64,000 bases of DNA from Daphnia carinata (lineage: Eukaryota): positions 11,656,001 to 11,720,000 of the forward strand of contig NC_081333.1 of assembly GCF_022539665.2 (NCBI RefSeq), given 5' to 3'. Below the pieces are notes generated by a model. That model was given only the letters and a program-made list of their open reading frames with translations, had not been told where the DNA came from and searched no databases. A program made the translations under genes and the position numbers. Positions 1-12,000 of the stretch are shown here, in pieces. Every line of letters starts with the position of its first letter. Position 1 is the stretch's first letter.

Positions 1-600
1 TGCCATCCAATACTTAACTGGCTGTACGTATTTTGCAATTTCCCCATCCTTTCCGTGTTTGTTTGATACGCCACCTTGTCTGTTTTTTTTTGTGTATGTG
101 GTGTGGGTTAACGTCATCCGCGGCTCAATCGTTCCAAATTCCGGGTAGTTGGGGGGGGGGGGGGGGGGGAGTGCAATAACACACACTTTAATCAGACATG
201 TACAATTTGAATTCCAAACAGCAGATGATGCCCGTCTTTTTTTTTTATTATTTTTTTTTTTTTATACTATGCGTGTGCGCATCTATTTGGCCGGGCCGTG
301 CGGCAGCTGCTTTCAATATTGGATTGGGGATGATTTCCAAACCGATCGTAGTAGAAGAGAGGGAAGAGCAATCGATTGAGCTAAAAAGTCGACTATTGAT
401 GTAGTTTCATTTGATAGCTGAACCCAATAACATCGGAATCGTGGAACGATTAGCTGCGGATCGGCGATACGGACGCTTTCTCATTTCCCACTGCCCGAAT
501 TTCCTCTTATTGAAGAAAAAAGAAAATGTACTTTTGATGTTCAACTGGCCTTTAACTAGTCCGCATTTCCGGATGGCGCGTGTGTGTGTTTCTTATTTAG

Positions 601-2770
601 GTTCATCCGTGCGGTCGATACCGTCACAATGCGGTGGCTTTCATCTTAGCCAAGGAACACAACTTGCGTAACTTGCGGACGATCCATCGGCTAGATCGGC
701 TCACGTCGGGACTGTTAATGTTCGGCCGGAACCAGGAGAAAGCCCGACAGATGGAAGTGCAGATCCGCACGCGCCTCGTCTCCAAGGAGTACGTCTGCAG
801 AGTTGGAGGCGAATTCCCGAGGTAATTTTTCACGGCTGCACAATTTTCCTTGACACGCTCTTGTCTTTTCCTTCATCATTCTTTACAACCTTGTTCTCAT
901 TCTGATATGAATTGCTTACCAAAGTGCTTCGACAGAGGCCTTCTGATGTAGCAGACACACTCTATATGAAACTCGTCCATAATGAAAGCACAAGAGCCTG
1001 ATTGTTAAGCCGGCCAGCCCGTTTTTAATGTTTGATTGTTGATTGATTTCATAGTGGCCACATCGTATGCATCGAACCGATCGAGGTGGTCAGCTATAAG
1101 ATCGGCGTTTGTCGCGTCTCCCCGAAAGGCAAGGACTGCCGGACAGAGTTCGAGCGGCTCTCCTACAATGGCAAGACGAGCGTCGTTCTCTGCAAGCCCC
1201 ACACTGGTCGGATGCACCAGATCAGAGTTCATCTGCAGTACCTCGGTGAGTATAAAGAGAAATTCACGACCCATCTCCAGGGAGTCAGCAAAGGAGGGGA
1301 GGGGGGAGGGTATCGGACGGTTGGACGGACGGACCGACTTACTTTTACTCAACAAAAACGCGCACGCTCGTTGTTAATTGGATACGAGGTCTTCTCAGTC
1401 GTGATCACAAGAGCAATTGGATCACTGGATGTTTAGTCATTCAGTTAGAGTGACCTGCCCTTCTTAAGGGACTTGCACTTAGTTAACGTCCAAGTTAAAC
1501 AATACGGCAAGTCGACTTTTAACGAAGGACGTTCCGTTCTTCATTAGCTTTACGTGGCCCATTTTCTGTCCATTGGACTCACCTGTCTCCACTCAATATC
1601 ACGCAAAACGGGAAGCCTGGACGTTCAATTTTTTCAATTAAACTTGTGAAGAGGAGGGTAGCTCACAGATAACCTTTCGCATCTTTAGTGGCCTATTATG
1701 TGGAAGAGCATCATCAATTTTTGTTGCATAGATGAATATCTTTAACGATGCCATATTGATTTTGCCCTGCAGGATATCCGATAGCAAACGATCCGTTGTA
1801 CAATCATGTTGTCTTCGGACCGGAGAAAGGCAAAGATGGCAACATTGGAAAGACGGATGAAGAATTGATTCACGATTTGATCTCGATCCATAACGCGGAA
1901 AATTGGCTCGGTGGTGAAGGCGATGACTTTGCCCCCAATTTCTTCAGCGGCGTCATACCACCGGAAGCAACCGGTGTAGCAACTCCATCCAGCAGCTCTG
2001 AAAGCGTCGGAATGGCCAGCGGAGTCTCTAGTCGAAGCCAGACTCCTGACGCTACTATCGTTTCTAAAGAGCCCCCAACGGCACCGGGGTCGATTCCGGA
2101 ATCTAAAGTTGAAACGGAAACGGGAGCAACGGACAACCAGAGCAATGCTGCGATGCCAGCCGGCCCAGTTCTCAATCAAGTTAGCGAGGAAGTCTTGCCG
2201 GTATCGCCTTCAGCAACTGCGTCGGCATCGGAGGGAATCATTAATGAAACATCAGCCAGCCCAGCGGTCAATGAAGCCACCGAGAACGATGCTATCGCCG
2301 ATGAAGGCATAGCCAAACCGGAAGAAAATAGTCGGAACGAACGAAATTCACCTGACGATGCCACAAAAGCGAATGACGGTTAGTTCTTCGTTTCTTCCTG
2401 TCATATTTGGCATTTTTGTTTAAACTTGTGCTTATTCGCTTCCAATAGATTTCACTGATAATTACAATTCAAGCAAAGTGACGTTCGACGAACATTGTTT
2501 CGAATGCAAGGTGCGCTTCCGTGATCCAAAGCCTAAAGACTTGATGATGTTTCTCCACGCTTGGCGGTACACAGTACGCCGTTTGTATATTTTGAAAAAT
2601 ATTTTTTACATTATTAGTTATTTTTTTGTTCCAATGCTCTATGTTAACGATTTAAAAAATGTTTTTTCTTTCTTTTCTTTAATTATTTTTAATTGCAGGG
2701 CCCAGGTTGGTCGTATGAAACTCAGTTGCCCAAATGGGCGGAGGCCGATTGGCAAAATGAAGAATATTAG
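601..2770 (+). CDS. RPUSD2: RluA-family RNA pseudouridine synthase (RPUSD2-like), 5'-partial, multi-exon
   Basis: Exons at ~601-821, ~1055-1246, ~1773-2379, ~2449-2573 and 2699-2770 with GT-AG boundaries. Catalytic HRLDRLTSG motif, TGRMHQIRVHL motif, GYPIANDPLY and C-terminal LHAWRY. Upstream exons lie outside the window or were not recognised. Confidence 0.9.
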
Positions 2771-2839
2771 GGAATAATTACAAGGAGAATCGCATTGATG
2801 ATTTTCCGTTCTGGTAACTTGTACCAAACTAGGCAAATG

Positions 2840-2871
<32 letters not shown>

Positions 2872-3273
2872 AATAATGCATTGAAGTGAAATAATTTAAG
2901 TTCACAGTGAATATGTTATTCAACATTGGTCAAACGAAAATGAATGACGGCAAAATGTGCTTCGTACCAAACAGTGGGGCACTCACGTTCACGTTCGTAG
3001 TGAAGATTATCTGATTGGCCATCCAAGCGTCTCTTGTTTGTGTGTCATTTGTGCCTTGTTTTCTTTTTTCGAGTCCAGTTTACATCGTTGTCCTATACCG
3101 GCTGATTCAGTTGTGAACATATCAAGAGACAATTGTTTTCAGTTTATGTTCTCTTTTCGATATACGTGGAAATACATCCGACCCGGACTAGGCATCCCGC
3201 CGATATTGTATCCATACGTTTGAACGTGCCGGATTCGACGGATGCCATGTGTCGAAAAAAAAAGAGCAACCCA

Positions 3274-3308
<35 letters not shown>

Positions 3309-4113
3309 AAACAAATTTATTGCAGGAGAAAAACTATTTTTCGCAGAATTCAGTTCGTCAATTGTCACTAATTGAAAGGAATTTGTCATTGGAATTCCTT
3401 TCGACAAACGAGTCCTTGTAATGGTACTCAATCGGTGTTTCGGTGAACCTTTTTTTTTTTTTTGTTCCGTTTAACTTACTTTATGATTTTGCTTTCAGTT
3501 TACTTTTCTCTTGCTAATTTTTACCTATTCTTGGAACTCATCCCAATGCAGTGCGGGTCACTGCTCACGCACTGTGGAAACGTCAGCCACCACAGCTGTC
3601 TCCAGTTTACAACCCGTAGCTTGTTTGACTGTAATTTCACATTATAGCAATTCTTATTTTCAATCTTTTTTTCTCATTCTCGGCTCATTTCTGTTGTGTT
3701 CTGTAGTGATCGACTAATACAAAGTAGCTCTTGAAAGCGCACAAACTGTTAAATCTTATCTCCCACCAACTTTCATGCACTTTAGGCTTCATCAACTTGC
3801 ACTGGTTTTACATACACGTTCTTGTAGATCTTGGCCAGATGGTTGGGAGTTCAAAACCAACAAGTATAACACAGAAAAATCATAGTCATGAATTAACCAG
3901 CACTTGTCATCTGTATTTTGTCATCACCAAATTCACAACTCAGTTTCATATTGTAGAGACACATGGAATGTATATTGGGACGGATTGTAAAAATAAGAGA
4001 GCAATCATCATTTAAAGAGTCATTTGAACATTTAAACCTATTTCGTCAATTTGGAAGATCTGAAAAGATTGGCTCAAAGATAAGTTTCTTTAAATTCCAT
4101 GTCAGATAAAATC

Positions 4114-5595
4114 TTAAATTCGTCCTCTTCCTCCGCTTTTCGTTTCAAAAAGTTTCTTAACAAAATATACCTGCACAACAAAACAACCAATAACCACCGC
4201 ACATTGAGCCAACGACCAATATTGCACGTAGGCCTCGTTATCTAATAGAAGATTGTAGTCTCGAGCTTCTCTGCTTCGACCCAATTGCTGCATCTGCAAG
4301 ATGCCTTGAATTCGCTTATCCACACCTTGGAGTATATTCTAAAAAGAAGGAAAAAATTTAAAAAGAGAACTTTGTACGTTTGGCCAGGACGTTTACGTTC
4401 TGTAAAACTTACCGTGCAGTTTTCTGCGCTAACGTCAATATCTTTAAGTTCCTGAGTAAATTTCTCCCATTGGTCGTACCTGATTGTAAAACCATAGATA
4501 TTGGTGAACAAAAATCAAAAAAAGAGAAATGTTACCTGAAGGTCGTAATATAAAGATTGACTAATTTAGCAGCAAATCGAGAGAACTGGTTGTCCACACA
4601 TATCCCATAATATCCGCCGGTGGGCGATACTTCCTGAAATTCAGATGCCGGCTTCCACTGATATGGATGTACTAATTGGCCACTAGGGTTCCTAACTGCA
4701 AAACCTGCCATGCCATCTCCTCCACGAAGAACCTGAATTAGGACATGTAAAATTACAAAGAATGAAACAGTTCGACACTGGATGTGTTTACCTGAAAGCT
4801 GACATAGATGGTAGCTCCCTTTTGGGCAAACTGGAAATAGCACTCTTCTTTTCCTGGGTCCACATGAACTTTATACTCCATGGCTACAGCAGGTGCATCA
4901 TCAGCGTTTTCATCAAATAATGGCATGGTCATTGGAGGTTGTGCAACATGGACTGGTGGTTGTCCGGGGAGTATGTGAGGGGGCATTTGACCTTGTTCAG
5001 GATGCATTGGCATCATCGGTATTTGTCCAGGGTGCAATTGTTGCATGGGAACTTGACCAGGATGCATTTGCTGCTGTATGGGAACTTGCTGCATTGGGAT
5101 TTGCTGCCCTGGAACTTGCTGCATCGGTACTTGCTGCATTGGAACTTGCTGCTGCATGGGTACTTGCTGCTGCATTGGTACTTGCTGCTGCATTGGTACT
5201 TGCTGCTGCATTGGAACTTGCTGCTGCATTGGAACTTGCTGCTGCATTGGTACTTGCTGCTGCATTGGTACTTGTTGTTGCATTGGTACTTGCTGCTGCA
5301 TTGGAACTTGCTGCTGCATCGGTACTTGCTGGTGCATTGGAACTTGCTGCTGCATGGAACTTGCTGTACCGGTACTTGCTGTTGTATTGGGACTTGCTGA
5401 ATAGGAACTTGTTGCTGCGTCGGTATTTGCTGCATCGGTACCTGGGAATTGAAAAGTACATTTATCAAACGAAATTGAATTAATTTTACTTATTCGTACC
5501 TGTCCTTGCTGTTGGACCGGCATTTGTTGTTGCGCTGGTTGAGCTTGCTGTCCATACACACATGATAAAATTAGAAGTAAAAAAATACTGAACAT
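4114..5595 (-). CDS. p24/TMED (emp24/gp25L) GOLD-domain cargo receptor with Gln-rich N-terminal repeat; apparent 1-bp frameshift at ~5356
   Basis: Signal peptide MFSIFLLLILSCVYG (ATG 5595). Exons 5595-5500, 5441-4792, ~4732-4536, ~4480-4413 and ~4337-4114. GOLD motifs EYKVHVDPGKEECYFQ, VLRGGDG and YGICVDNQFSRFAAKLV, then coiled coil, TM segment (YWSLAQCAVVIGCFVVQVYFV) and short tail KKLFETK. Confidence 0.88.
5040..5441 (-). repeat. Coding tandem repeat, ~20 units of 15-18 bp encoding (Q)QQVPM
   Basis: Plus strand shows repeated ttgctgctgcattgg(a/t)ac units; minus-strand translation is QQQVPM repeated. Confidence 0.95.
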
Positions 5596-5932
5596 TTTAA
5601 AAACAGTTAAAATCCGGTAAAATTGTTCCATATTGTCAAAGCTCCAAAGTTGACACGACGTGTAGCTCGACAACAGCATGGCCAGTTATTATTTTGATTT
5701 TTAATCTATTATGAAAAATATTTTGAAAACTTCTGTGTTTAATAAATTTTTTAATTTACTATTTCATTCACTTTTGGCAATAACTTTTTGTATTTATTAA
5801 AATGGTTCAATATTAACAATTTTTGTGCTTTCGATAAAAATTAAAAAAACAGGCAACGTTTCTGTTAATGTCAACTCAAGTTCTTGAAGTGTTATTAATT
5901 CTGAAGTTGAATGACTGTTTGGTTATTTTCGA
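5596..5932. promoter_or_regulatory. Probable bidirectional promoter between divergent TMED and ETAA1-like genes
   Basis: The two start codons are head-to-head and ~340 bp apart, with an AT-rich spacer. Confidence 0.55.
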
Positions 5933-7710
5933 ATGGAGAAAAGCAAACGTTGTTATCCAACCAGGAGTAGCAAGATAGCAAAGCTGGAAGAAAATGAAAT
6001 CCCTGGAAAAAAGTCCCCCGCTTTGTCCAAGATTAAGAACGTTGATTCTCCAGCGGCTGTCAAACATTTCATGATTTCTGGATATGCTAGTCCCCCTTGC
6101 AGACACGTTACTTTAAGCCAACAAAACGAAAATGAGATTATATGGGACTTGACATCACCAGGTGCTAGGAAATATCAAGGACTATTAAGTGATAAAAAAA
6201 CCAGCACACCAAATCAAACTCCTACACGTAAAAGAGAGCTGAGACCACGTGTTGCTCTGTGCAAGAAGAATATTGCACTTTCAGAAGATAAAAGTGGTGA
6301 TTTAGTGGATCAACTTGCAGCTTTAAATGATTTGGTCAATACAGAGCAAGCACAAATTATCATGACTCCTCCTCGTTCTGTCAAAGGAAGTGCTACAGAT
6401 AGTTGTGAGTTGCTAGTTGACAAAAAGAAATCTACTCTGCCAGGTATTACATGTTCTGTTATTATCATTATTTATTATCTTTTTAAATTTTAATTGTTGT
6501 TTTTGGTTTTTCCAGTGAATCTAAGTAGTACCAGTGATGCCTTTGATGATGACAGCTTCTTTAGTGAATCAATACTTTTAAGTACACAAGCTATGGAAGA
6601 AGAAGCAATTGGGTCTAAGCCAACACCCCCTAAAAAGTGCAAAAATGAATTGTTGATTACTCCCTCCTCCCCCACTCCCAACAGTTCCCACATTTTCTCC
6701 TTTACCCAACCAAGCCCTGAACGAAGTGTTTTCCGCAAGAGTTTTGATTTAGAAAACGAAGAAACATCGGACAAAATTTCAAATAAAAACGTCACGAAAT
6801 TAGGTAACTATTGCATAACCCAATGCATAACAAATGTTTATTATATTTGACTATTATACTATTTAACATGTGTATTATCTAGTGCCACCATCTGTACTTG
6901 ACCACCAGGTTCCAGGCCAAAAAGATGGAAAAACAGTATCTCTGTGTTCTCAGCCACCTATTCTGAATAACATAACGGCATGTCCAAATCTGTCATCGCT
7001 GACAACAGGAGGAAAATCCGATTCGTGTCATATAAATAGAAAGAGTGTTCCTAAAATCCTAGAAAAGCAAAATCAACCAGCAAATCGAGTTAACACATCA
7101 GTTGCGCCCGTATCAAACAAAAGGCATCAAATCAACAATTCAACAAGTGGCAATAAAAACGCATTTCACAACCCATCTAGATCCGAAAAACCTACTTCGC
7201 CTAGACAACTTACCAGATCTGGCTATGGTATGGGGATTAAACGGATAGTGGATGATCAGGTGTGGAACAAGAAACCAGTTCACCAAACGTCATGTCTCCC
7301 GCCTCCTCCGAAGTTTATGCCACAAGATCCTTTTGGCGATGATGATGACGATCTTCTCTGCGCCATGACTGCCATCGCGCAAGAAGTAGAAAGTCAATAT
7401 GGTAAACAATTTAAATCTGATTTTTTGCTAATTGTAATAAAATTGGTATTTGTTTGGTATCTAGTACCAGCATCCTGTGCAACAGAGCTGGACGATGACG
7501 ATGTTGACTTCCAGCCCGAAGTACTGGCCTTCATCAGCCAAATCGAAAGTAATACCTGTTAACGTTTTTATTAATTAATTAACATAACGCATTTCTTTTA
7601 TGTCAAAAGCCCAAGCAATTAAAAGAGAAAAGCCAACGGCGGAGCTTTTGGAAGAAAAGAGGCAAGCGGCTATACGAAAACGACAACAGCGGTTAATGAG
7701 CCGTCATTAA
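5933..7710 (+). CDS. ETAA1: ETAA1-like ATR-activating, RPA-binding protein
   Basis: N-terminal EIIWDLTSP resembles the ETAA1 ATR-activation motif (IFWDxxSP). Acidic DDDDDLLCAM resembles RPA-binding motif 1. Last exon (~7610-7710) encodes PTAELLEEKRQAAIRKRQQRL, resembling the C-terminal RPA32-binding motif. Several GT-AG introns; otherwise low complexity. Confidence 0.65.
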
Positions 7711-9084
7711 GACTTATGTCTCCTATAGTCTTCGAATGCTTTACGCAATGCATGGATATTTTACCCTGTCAATCACTTTAAGCATGATTCTGTAAGTTAT
7801 GAATGAGGTTAATTTTTTTGCTAGAATTACATGAAACTGGAAACTCGAAAGATACTATGCGTATAGGTGGTTTACTTGGACCACCAAATATGTTACTTTG
7901 TATTCGATTATAGACTCTTTTTTGTGTGTTACCGACAGCAAGTAACAAAAAGGAGATAGAAGAAAAGAAAAGAAGAACCCAATGCAGGAGCTGCCGCGAA
8001 AATAAGGAGATAAAGTATTTTCTTTTGTGGTAGTAACAGGTCTAATTCCCATCGTGAAATAGCCTTTAACCAACGAACGGCGAACAAGAGATGAATCGGA
8101 AATGGAGAATTGGAGAGCAAAGAAAAAGTTGCCAGAACACGTTGAACGTACTCCTTGATTTTCTGCCGATCATTTCTTAACGAGAATTATTGTACTTAAA
8201 AAAAGAAGGTAAGAAATAAGTAACTTTACGAGAATCGAAGCTAGACTTTATATATCTTCGTATTTGGGAACGTTCACGTGAGATAAAGAATAAGATAAAA
8301 GTAGTTTTTAGTAGTTGAATATGCGGTTTGATCTTTTGAAAACTCTGAATAACACAGAACTCAACGGGAAGAAGAGAAAGAAACGAAAAAAGAAAAGAAA
8401 ATTCAGCTCCATCGACCCTATAATTAACATGTAAGTTACAAAGCTTCATAAGAAAACGCCGGATGAAGGTATATCGGTAACAGTCCGGCAAACAGAAACA
8501 GTAAGGAAAGAAAGAATTTAGATATAATAATACAAGAACGGTGTGCTCACCGACAAATATTTCCCTTGTCATGATTTTAACAAATTTTCATATAGAATAG
8601 TTTCACTTCAGAGTCGAAGGATGATAGAAAAACAATTTTCTGTTTTCGTGTGTTTTGGAGGATTTAAAAGCAGCAGCAGCCTTCCGAGGATTCGCCAGTC
8701 CCGGTGATGATCACGCGTCAAAAAGGAATCGAGTGGGGAAAGGATGAAGAAGGTAGATATAACTTAATTCGATAGCATAACATGTAATACAGTAGCATTT
8801 CATGGTGAAGTGTACGACAGGACATTTACCAAGAAGAATTAGAGAGATGTATAACAATGCCATTAACTTATAAATTCGAACGGAAAGCTCAACGTCGATA
8901 TGGTGGAAAGGAAATCCAGAGAAATAGTGAAGAAGGAGCAAGATCGTCCCTGGTTGTTGCGTTTTCTTTCGTCTTTTTTGGGGTTTTTTTTTTTTTTGGT
9001 TTTTTTTTGGTTTTTTGTTTTTTATATATTTTTATTTTATTTTTTCAAGTTTTGGTGGTGCCTGCTGCCTTCATTTTTTTCCCG

Positions 9085-12000
9085 CTACTTGCGAGCCTTC
9101 TTGCGTTCCTCGTGGGCTTTCTTCACAATAGCCAGTTTGGAATGCTTATCACCGGCAGGGAGGCCGACGTAAGGCGCGTCCCGCGTCCCGTGCAGCATCA
9201 GAGTCCATTCACGTAGCCAGCCGCTCTGCTTGGCACCATTAGGTGAATTGAAACGAGCCTTCGATTCCATAAAAAATAAAAGCCAAGCTCAAAAAACCGT
9301 ATTGATTAGAAATACAATCACCAATTTTTACCTCCAACGTCCAGCGTCCGCGAGGGTCTTCCCCCCAAGTGTGCGTGGTCATGAATGGCCATTTGGTAAA
9401 TCCGTCGCGACTGTCGTCGTCATTTGGCCGGCGACTCAAAATCATAGATCTGTGAAAATGAAACGAAAATTATTTTGTTTTTACTGTTTCTAAATTTGGC
9501 GCAATGTGTTGTTAGAAGAGGCTTCCCATTTCCTTTTTCATCGTACCATATTAGTTCTATACTCGCTCCAGAACTTTTCAATTATTTAGTTTCAACTTTC
9601 AACCGTGCTACTAGCATTTGCAAACTTTCTGAAAGCATGCCATTTAATTCATTGTCTTTGAATGGTTTCATCGTTAGAGAGACTATACAAATGAGCTAAA
9701 AACTAGTCGTCAATTGTACATGTGACGCCAGTAATTGTCGTGTTACCAAGATACAATTGTGCCTTACCTCGTGCCCATGGGGGAAGTCAAAAACATTTCT
9801 ACTTCGCCTCGACGTGTGGTATTTAAGCTGATGACGGCCTGAACGTGCTCGAGATAATTGACTTCGGTTTCAGATCCTTGACATGAGGTAGTATCCAACG
9901 TCAATACCAGTGAGCCATTAGATGGAATTGGCCTGCGTAAATGAGGAAAAAACGCACAATGAGACTCGTTAGTGAACCGTGCAACACGTGCATTCCTTTG
10001 TTTCTGGCCACAAACGTTTTTACCTTGGTTGCATCATGGCGCCTCCTTGACAATGAAAACGAGCGGGAACGGATCGCCATGCTTTAGCCAAAGAAACCAT
10101 AGAGCCGGCATCTAGTACTCCGAAACCGAAAAGGTGGTTGAATTCCAGACCAACTCCATTCATCGTCCATTCAAATCGACGTTTAGCATCGAAGAGCGAA
10201 TTACGTTTCGATGTTAGCACGGTCAAATGCTGAATGTCCCTCCACGTCAGCGACGGACTACAAGTGGTGATTCAAACAAACACAACTGCAACATTTTTCA
10301 CAGTAAAAGGTTAGTGATTTTTGTTTTACTTACTTGGCTTCCAGAGCTAGAGCAAAAACTCCAGCAGCTTCTGGTGCAGCAGCCGATGTTCCTGAATGTG
10401 TTTTGGTGCATTTGCCGTACAAGTCTGTGGTGGCCTGTTTAATCAAATTGATTTGATTTAGGGGACATTTATTTTTTCTACCTCTTCATTTAAATTCCAT
10501 TTTTTTGTACGGTCCTAGCAACTTAATAGGAGATGCAACATTTTTTAATAAGGGATAAATGCTGGGCCTAATCCTATTAGATTCTAGTGCCTTAACAACT
10601 ACTCGTTTCTTTTTTAATTGACGTAATATTGATGGCTCAAAAAGAAAAGTTGTGAGATGGAAAGGATTGCGCAGGATTAAATTAACTTTTGCAGTGAATA
10701 ATCCTAGATAAAATTCAAGCAGTGAGCGTTCACTCATTTCTTGGAAATGGGTCAGTACTGAAGGCAATCAAGGATAATGCACAGCGCAAAGCTTGCGACA
10801 TATTACCCACAATCTCCGTTCCTTTAGTGTTTGGCCCCTGCTTCCCCTCAGTTTCCAATTACCGGTGCATAGCGAGTTGTGAGGAAACCGTCTTTGGATT
10901 CCCAACGAAACAGATCTTGATTACTCCTTGCACGTTTCTCTTTCGTCTCAGCGCTGATGACGGTTTTCAGTTGCGCCCATCAGTCGATGGTTTGTTTCAG
11001 CTTTTTTTTATGTTCTACTTTTTCTCTACACTCATATCGGAAACAAACCATCTGTTCTCTTGACTAACGCCTCTTCATGCCTCTTGAAACAATCAGCTTT
11101 GATTTTTTTTTTTCATTTGCCAGGCCATTTTTCAAATGACCTTGAATTTAGACATGTTGATAAACAGCTTCATTTTGATGTCTTTTCCCTCAATCTTTTT
11201 TAGATTCTGTTTGTTAAGCTCATGACTTGCCAGCTCTTATTATTTAGTGAAAAAAAATTCTGCTTGATCTATTTGACACTAACGATCATCATTTGGCTTT
11301 TTAAATGGAGACAGGATCTGAGCTCAGCATTACTGTCACACGATTCGCTGTTTTTTCTTTCCCTCTTTGAAATCTCCGTAAATCTTCCTTAACGAGCTTT
11401 ATATCGCTCAGTGAGGCGAGCCAGTAACATAAATAGGATGAAAGGCCAAAGGGGGGGGGGGGGGGGTTGAAAATGCGAAAGAATAGTTGGTAACTTACGA
11501 CGCCGGTGTTGGGGTCTTTGGCTCCGTTGCTGAAAGTCGAAGCCAAGGTGGATGAACAGCTCTCGTCGTAGTGAGCGTTCTGCCCGTCGTTGATTGCCGA
11601 ATTGATGGATATGGTCCACATGGAAGCGGCGTATCCATCACAATTGCAATCGTCGTCGGAGCCACCGTCACCGCTAGCCCACACGTAGATGTTGCCTAAT
11701 CCACGTCGGCCTTCGTTGACTCCCCTCACTATGGCACGCATCGTTGCATTTCGTGGTCCGTCCACTGTTTTTCCGTCGTCTGTCGGGCCCCATGAAGCGC
11801 TATAAATGTCGATTAAATGCGGTTCGTGACCCATTGAATTTGCCTCGATCAAATCCGTCATGTAGGGCTGATCCAACATTCGAATTCCTGTTCAAAGATC
11901 GTTGACGTGCAAGGTGATTAGTCTTTTTCTTACATCTTCACTGGAAAGATTTTATTTTATTTATTTTTGTTTCATTTAAAAGAAAGAAGTAATTGTTGGG

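Noticed and set aside
5040..5441. Possible CRISPR-like repeat array
   Set aside because: Contiguous coding repeats without unique spacers, in a eukaryotic gene, with no cas genes.
4893..5483. Long ORFs in other frames over the TMED repeat (ALELAAA, GTCCCI, LLLHWY, AASSN repeats)
   Set aside because: Shadow ORFs of the 18-bp coding repeat. Only the QQQVPM frame links a signal peptide to the GOLD domain.
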